This document shows positions 27,742-64,000 of a DNA stretch of 64,000 nucleotides, piece by piece. Position numbers and translations under genes: made by a program. The notes beneath the pieces are model-generated. The model saw nothing but the letters and a program-made list of their open reading frames with translations. It was not told the origin of the DNA and ran no database searches. Source of the stretch: Tubiluchus corallicola (lineage: Eukaryota > Animalia > Priapulida); contig JAQGDQ010000035.1 in assembly GCA_030141605.1 (NCBI GenBank), positions 434,001 to 498,000 on the forward strand. Direction: 5' to 3'. The first letter of the stretch is position 1, and every line of letters begins with the position of its first letter.

Positions 27742-27752
27742 CGCCATTTTGG
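27742..27752 (-). promoter_or_regulatory. YY1-like motif CCAAAATGGCG, candidate MEK transcription-start region
   Basis: Motif on the MEK strand ~1.4 kb upstream of the MEK ATG; an acceptor-like TTTTCATAG at 26391-26383 implies an upstream 5'UTR exon. Confidence 0.35.
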
Positions 27753-28568
27753 TGTGTATCCACGGTACCTACTACAGAAAGTTGAAGGCTGTGAAAGTAA
27801 ATGAAAACAAATGTACTGTGTGATGTTAATCAGCTAAGAGAACAAATTCTCTCTTAACTATTGGCAGAAGCTTTGTCATGGTTGTGCATTATACTGTAAG
27901 TTGATGATGGTCAACTGCAGCAGCCTCATGTCATTTGATAGGTCTGTTGCAAAATTACAGTCCACAATCACATCTCTGTTGTGTCTCACTCTAAAGTTCA
28001 GAGTGAGAATATTATTCATTTAAGTTAGGCATTATTTAATTATCATGTATGGTATATTGAGTTTACTGACTAAATTATTCACATACTACATTGTGATTAG
28101 GCCTAGAGTCTAGACATTTATTTATTATGACTTAACTGACGCAGTTCACTCGTGATGTTTCATCACTTTTTGATTTCACATTCATGTACTACTTTGGATG
28201 TGCAAGCTATCTTATTACTAGTTTAAAATTTAACTAATAGTAATAATTAGCATATAAGCACAAAAAAAATTTGCAGTAATTTTACAACAAACCTTTTTGA
28301 CTAAGCATGTCATTCGCCAAAGCAAGGTTTGAAGCGCTCCCTGGCAGTCGCTTTTTTGATTTTCCAGGCAAAACAAACCCATAAAAAAGTTTACAGGTTT
28401 TCCGTCCTGGCACATAAACACATCTTTAGCAAAACTTAACAAGGCAATGCTGTGTATGTTAAGAGGTATTTTAAATTATTAGTTTTATTAATATTATAAA
28501 AATGTTAACGTTTTCACAACTATTTTCATAAGAAAAATTATCGAAATTTATGTAGGGTGACCGTGATT

Positions 28569-28576
28569 TCACGTGA
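28569..28576. promoter_or_regulatory. CLEAR/M-box-type E-box TCACGTGA just upstream of the CLCN7 ATG
   Basis: GGGTGACCGTGATTTCACGTGATCAAAACAGTATG: palindromic TCACGTGA 10 nt before ATG 28587; matches the core of the TFEB/MITF CLEAR consensus. Confidence 0.65.
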
Positions 28577-28586
28577 TCAAAACAGT

Positions 28587-52923
<24,337 letters not shown>

Positions 52924-55900
52924 ATATTTAAAATGTTAGTTTAACTACTGTTTGTTTTGTTTTTGTAGAGACTCATTTTCAGTTTGCGCCAAAAAAATCT
53001 GGGAAGTGAATTTCCTGGAAAATGTATCTGTAGATATGTGCTTGACAAAACATTTTTGCTATGTCCTATGACTTACATTTTCATTTCAAAACCTGAATGA
53101 ATGATTTTGAAATCTAACTGACAAGTTCAAATAAATTTTAACGAGAATTTGATTCCATCGCCTGCAGTTTGCTATAATGCAGAGAGACTGAAAAATATCG
53201 TAAAACAATCGAAGGCGAAATTCTGATTTTTTTTACTTAATTATTGCAGTTACAAATTAATTATTATCTGTATTAAGAATGGTAAGTATTTATAAAAAAG
53301 CTTTGAATGAGATTTCATTAGTATTTTATGGAGCAAGTCTGCCGTTTGTCTGCAAAATCTTGTCTTAAATTTGCAAGATATTTGAAAACTGAAGCTTTGA
53401 AAGTGAAGGTCTTCAACTGTTTGTTGATCATGCAAAAATGTGTCGCATTTATGTAAGTTTGAACTGTGCAAAAATATTTTTTTAAGGGATATAAAACCTG
53501 TGAAGTTGTGCCTTTGCAATGAGAACGGCTTCAACTAATCACCTACTTTATTTTAATTATGAAGTTTTCTGCTAGTTGGTACAAATGTGTGGTATAACTG
53601 TATTTTTTAATTCATAATTAGTAGAACTAAATATAGCTGATTTGTAATAGCATTAGCTTCCTCTGCGGCAGCACGTAACACAGACTCATCACCTTCACTA
53701 AGTAATTATGTAGCTTTCTAATTAGATTGCTTACTCTTGCTGTACATATCACAAGTAGAACAATTAAATATGGTATTATTGTTAATACTGTGATGTAGTA
53801 TGTTGTCAATAATTTGAAATGCATGTGAATAGATAACATTGTCACGTCAAAATGTGAGCTTGCCATTTCCGCCTGACATAGTGTTTAGTGACTTTTGTAT
53901 TTTTTTTTACTTTGTCACACTGGTAGAATTTTTCATTTTTGGTGGTGTTCAAAATAGAAATGTTTTTAGCAACAGCCTAATAGTACATATAATAGAGAAG
54001 AGAAGCATTTTGAAACTTACAGATTATAACTTCACTTACGGATGTGTACGTATATTCCTAATATACTCGGAATGCATAATAGCCCTCTACTAATTTACAT
54101 CTATAGAGACATACTCATTCTTTAAATTTTACAGTTAAACTGCATTTGCTAAACTACATTCAAATGTTCTAAAGCTAAAACTGTGATATGTATTATACTG
54201 TTGTTATACCGTTTATACAGGCTAAATATAAGAAAGTAAATTCAGTGTGAACGAGCCTTTATTTTTATATTAATAGGTTATTTGCAACTAGTTAAAGGAT
54301 GGTTATTAAAACCTACACAATTACTTTGCAATTGGATTGTGAGTTGTATCAAATTATACCAAATATATACTCTATATAGAGATTATGTTCTCTAGTTTGT
54401 GTTTTAATTAATTATTAGTTGGGGAGTCGTATAGTAGTAGCTTGTTCATAAATTTTTCTCTTCTTTTGTAATATTATGAATGTGGTTTGGTTATTAGACA
54501 AAATTTTAGATTGCACAGTAATTGCTTTAACAGTGATTTCATCCATATTTTACTGGTTTTACCCATGCAGTGTTTGGCATTCACTCTCTTTTCTGATTTT
54601 TTTTGCAGTTAATATGTTATTATAATTATTTATTTCTCACTCTATTAATGGGACTATCAATAGTTTACATGCATCTAGACGGTTTTTTAACATGACGCAT
54701 GTCAGTTGTTTACATGCAAGTTACAAACGTACATGCTTTGCATAGTATATAAATTTCTGGTGTACCCCATTCTCTTTGCCAGGCAACCCTTTTTCACGCG
54801 TAAGTTTACCAGACAAGTGAATTGAAATGAAAACTTTATTGTTACATCTATATTACTACATCTAAGAGTATCCAATGTAAAATGACGAAAAATCATGCAT
54901 TAGTGGGTTTAGCCAGTAGCCTGTTATTTCTCGATGGTCTTTCGACAGTGAAATCTGACGTTTTGACCTTTAATGCGTGACCTTGAAGTCCAGGGTGAAC
55001 AAATCTCAGTGAAACCAATACCTTTGGTTCCCCTCTGTGAAGCCTCTCATCATCACATACTACCATTACTCGACATATAGTGCTCTCGGACCCCAATTTT
55101 CAATTTTTGCCCCCACCACCATAGGCGAAAACATTTTTCAGTATACGTCTGGGTCATACGCAGTCTAACTCGCTCATCCCATGACCTTTGACCCGCGTAG
55201 GAGACGGGCATTACCCACTTTAATAGTGTGAGATTCAATATAGCTTTGTGCTTTTGTGAATTATTAAAGGAACAAAAAGGCACAAGGATAAATAACAAGT
55301 GCAAGCCTCCCATGTTGAACTGCGGGACAGTGCAGATTTCCAATGAAATACAAAGAAATTTACATTTTTCGATGTGATATATTTTAATAATACGCTGCCA
55401 TGGAAAATCACTGGCACTTGTTTAAACTATCAATTATAGTCTTTCAGACTCATAGAATGAAAGAAATCTTGTCGCCTACCGCACAACCAGATTTGTAGCT
55501 TAGCTAATTATTTCAACATAACTAAGACAAAAAACTGTAGTAAAAGCTAGTAAACTTTTTTTAAACAAGCAAGATTTAAAAATCCTTTTAGGGTTCTGAA
55601 ACTGGAAAATATGGAAGAATTAGAGTACTGAAACATCAACCAGCCAAACTGTTAAAACATTTGCAGCTAAAAAGAGAAAAGAAAAAATATTGTTAAAAAA
55701 GAACACGTATGTAAAAATACAGTATAATTAATTAGTAAAAGCTCGGAACCAGTGTTGTTTTTGTTACTGTAGAATGACAAGACTCAAGCGACTACATATA
55801 GGTATATTTTTGAAAACAACTGAACACTAGTTAGAATCTTTTAGAATGAATTTTGAAGTCAAATGTAGCACAGTTTTCTATTTGAATAGAGCGTCTTTAC

Positions 55901-56660
55901 CCGTTATTATCATTTATCTGGTAATTCATGTTTTTTTCAGTTTATGTATATATATATGTTGTAATCTCTCCAAAACTTGTTTTTAAGTAAACACTCCATT
56001 AATGCTGAAAAATAGTGAGACCTTGAATCATTTAAGACTGGTTTTTTGTTAAGAACGCTATTCTGAGACTGTGCCTTTAGCTATAATTTTGCTAGGATTT
56101 TCTTAGTGGTGCTGCGTGCAGAGATTATAGGTTCGCGGGATAAAGGTAAGAAATAGCATAGAAACTCAGGTAACTAACTGCCTGTCGCTCGGTATTTTAT
56201 TTTTATAAATCAAATTACTGATTTAAATCAAGTCAACAATTGAAAGTTAAAAATGCGTTATACATTTTATAGGCATACAGTACAATCAAATGCATATATA
56301 ACTGTATATAGGTTTATAAATCCAGAAACTGCATTTGCTTCTCTTTTCTGATAGTTACGTTGTATGTAAAAGTCGGTCTTGCACAGCCGTGTCCATTCTG
56401 AGGCGCCATTAGTATGGCACGAAGCCATACTAAATTAATACCAATATGTCTGGCCCTGCTAAATGATTCCTTGGAAGACAGTCAAAAAATTCATCCCTTG
56501 CAGCTAGTCTACCAGATCAGCATTTCCAATGTTAGGTCGCTGACACTAGATTGATTCTATACTTAAATTATAATTTTGATTAATTAATGTCAACATTATT
56601 ATTGCAGTAATAATAATTAAACTTTGATACCAAATTTGAAAGGCAGGAAATGTGGAAAAA

Positions 56661-56734
56661 TTGGCGGCCTGGATTTGAACCAGGGACCTTCTGCTTTACA
56701 ATGCAGACGCTTAAGATCATTAAGCCATGCCCCC
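56661..56734 (-). pseudogene. tRNA-like element (tRNA pseudogene or SINE head)
   Basis: GGGGGCA TG GCTT AATGATCTT AAGC G TCTGC ATTGTAAA GCAGA AGGTC CCTGG TTCAAAT CCAGG CCGCCAA: D, anticodon and T stems pair perfectly; B box GGTTCAAATCC; acceptor stem broken; anticodon loop 8 nt. Confidence 0.7.
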
Positions 56735-56804
56735 GTGGATAAGGTAATTCAAAGTTTATTCAATCTCTCAAAAGGAAACTTATTTGTATTTTAGGTTAAC
56801 AGTC

Positions 56805-63173
<6,369 letters not shown>

Positions 63174-63804
63174 GTAAAAATTTTAAAGTAGCCTGTTTGT
63201 AATGCAGAAAATTAACAAAATAATATCTCATTCAGGTTGTCCTAATTCAATCATAGTTTTTTTTTTGTTAGATATCGAACTATGATATGCCAGAATGGTT
63301 TCAGTATATAAATCATCGTTCAACGTAATGGCTAATATTATTAACATAAAGAGACAGGCTCTATAACACAATCAGTCAGAACCACTTATGCACAAGAAGC
63401 TGAAATTAATTAATCAATGCATTTGAATTAGCTGTCCTTAATTCAGTCATGGATTTTTAAGTAGCCAACTATATTATTAAGCCAGAATTAACAAACCTAA
63501 CGGTTCACATACATGCATATGTGTATATATACTATATATATATATACTGTATTATCATCAACAATTAACCTAAGTGTGACAGCTAGGTAACTGAAGAAGG
63601 GATGATATTAAGGCTATAATTATGAAAACCTCGATTCGAACCTAAAATAACTTAGCACTTCAACTAAAGAAGTTTCTTTATCTTTAAAACGTATGAAATA
63701 CCAGGCAATCAGCACAGTTTGGCTGTCATTTCCGTGCACAATTTTTAAACAAATTATTAGCGTTTTTATTGCAGAAAAAAATCAAGTAATATGCATGCCC
63801 TTTA

Positions 63805-64000
63805 AGAGACAACATGTTATTAATGATTCGAACACCTATTCGAAATTATGTAAAACTGAAATTCGAATTTGATTCAGATTCGAAATCTCGAAATCATTTG
63901 TGAGCATTCTTTACCAGAAAGCAAATCCAAATCGAATTCAAATAAATTTTCGAAGCACGAATAAAAAGTGGCATCGCAAACAGGCAGTATTACTTGATTT
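63805..64000. repeat. TTCGAA-rich subterminal array, probably the end of a hAT-like MITE
   Basis: Six or more (A/T)TCGAA units in ~140 bp; truncated by the window end. Confidence 0.45.

Noticed and set aside
27448-27747. 99-aa ORF as an extra MEK coding exon
   Set aside because: No MEK similarity; splicing to the 26382 acceptor hits a stop before the MEK ATG, and the ATG at 26333 already gives a complete N-terminus.
56661-56734. Functional tRNA-Tyr gene
   Set aside because: Acceptor stem does not pair and the anticodon loop is 8 nt; kept only as a tRNA-like element.

Overview
AT-rich, intron-rich animal (invertebrate-type) nuclear DNA; no prokaryotic features and no CRISPR. Five spliced protein-coding genes can be rebuilt exon by exon. 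(1) ASPSCR1/TUG (UBX protein), minus strand, ATG 15609, running off the window start. (2) Mitochondrial ribosomal protein L12 (MRPL12), plus strand, 17118/17136-21596. (3) MEK/MAP2K1-2, minus strand, 26333-24452, with the whole kinase domain in one exon. (4) CLCN7, plus strand, 28587-52923, 22 coding exons including one U12-type minor intron, with a CLEAR-like E-box just upstream of the ATG. (5) A polyamine/spermine-oxidase-like flavoprotein with a predicted signal peptide, plus strand, from 56805 off the window end. The genes form two head-to-head pairs and one tail-to-tail pair. Introns hold degraded CR1/L2-type LINEs and many non-autonomous DNA elements. These include two intact copies of a TGT..(A/G)CA element with 5-bp TSDs (one in the ASPSCR1/MRPL12 promoter), a Tigger/pogo family with a transposase HTH remnant, TTAA-flanked elements and nested MITEs, plus a tRNA-like element and long microsatellites. 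I see no evidence of a wholly new multi-gene system; the best leads are listed as findings. All calls come from manual reading with no database searches.
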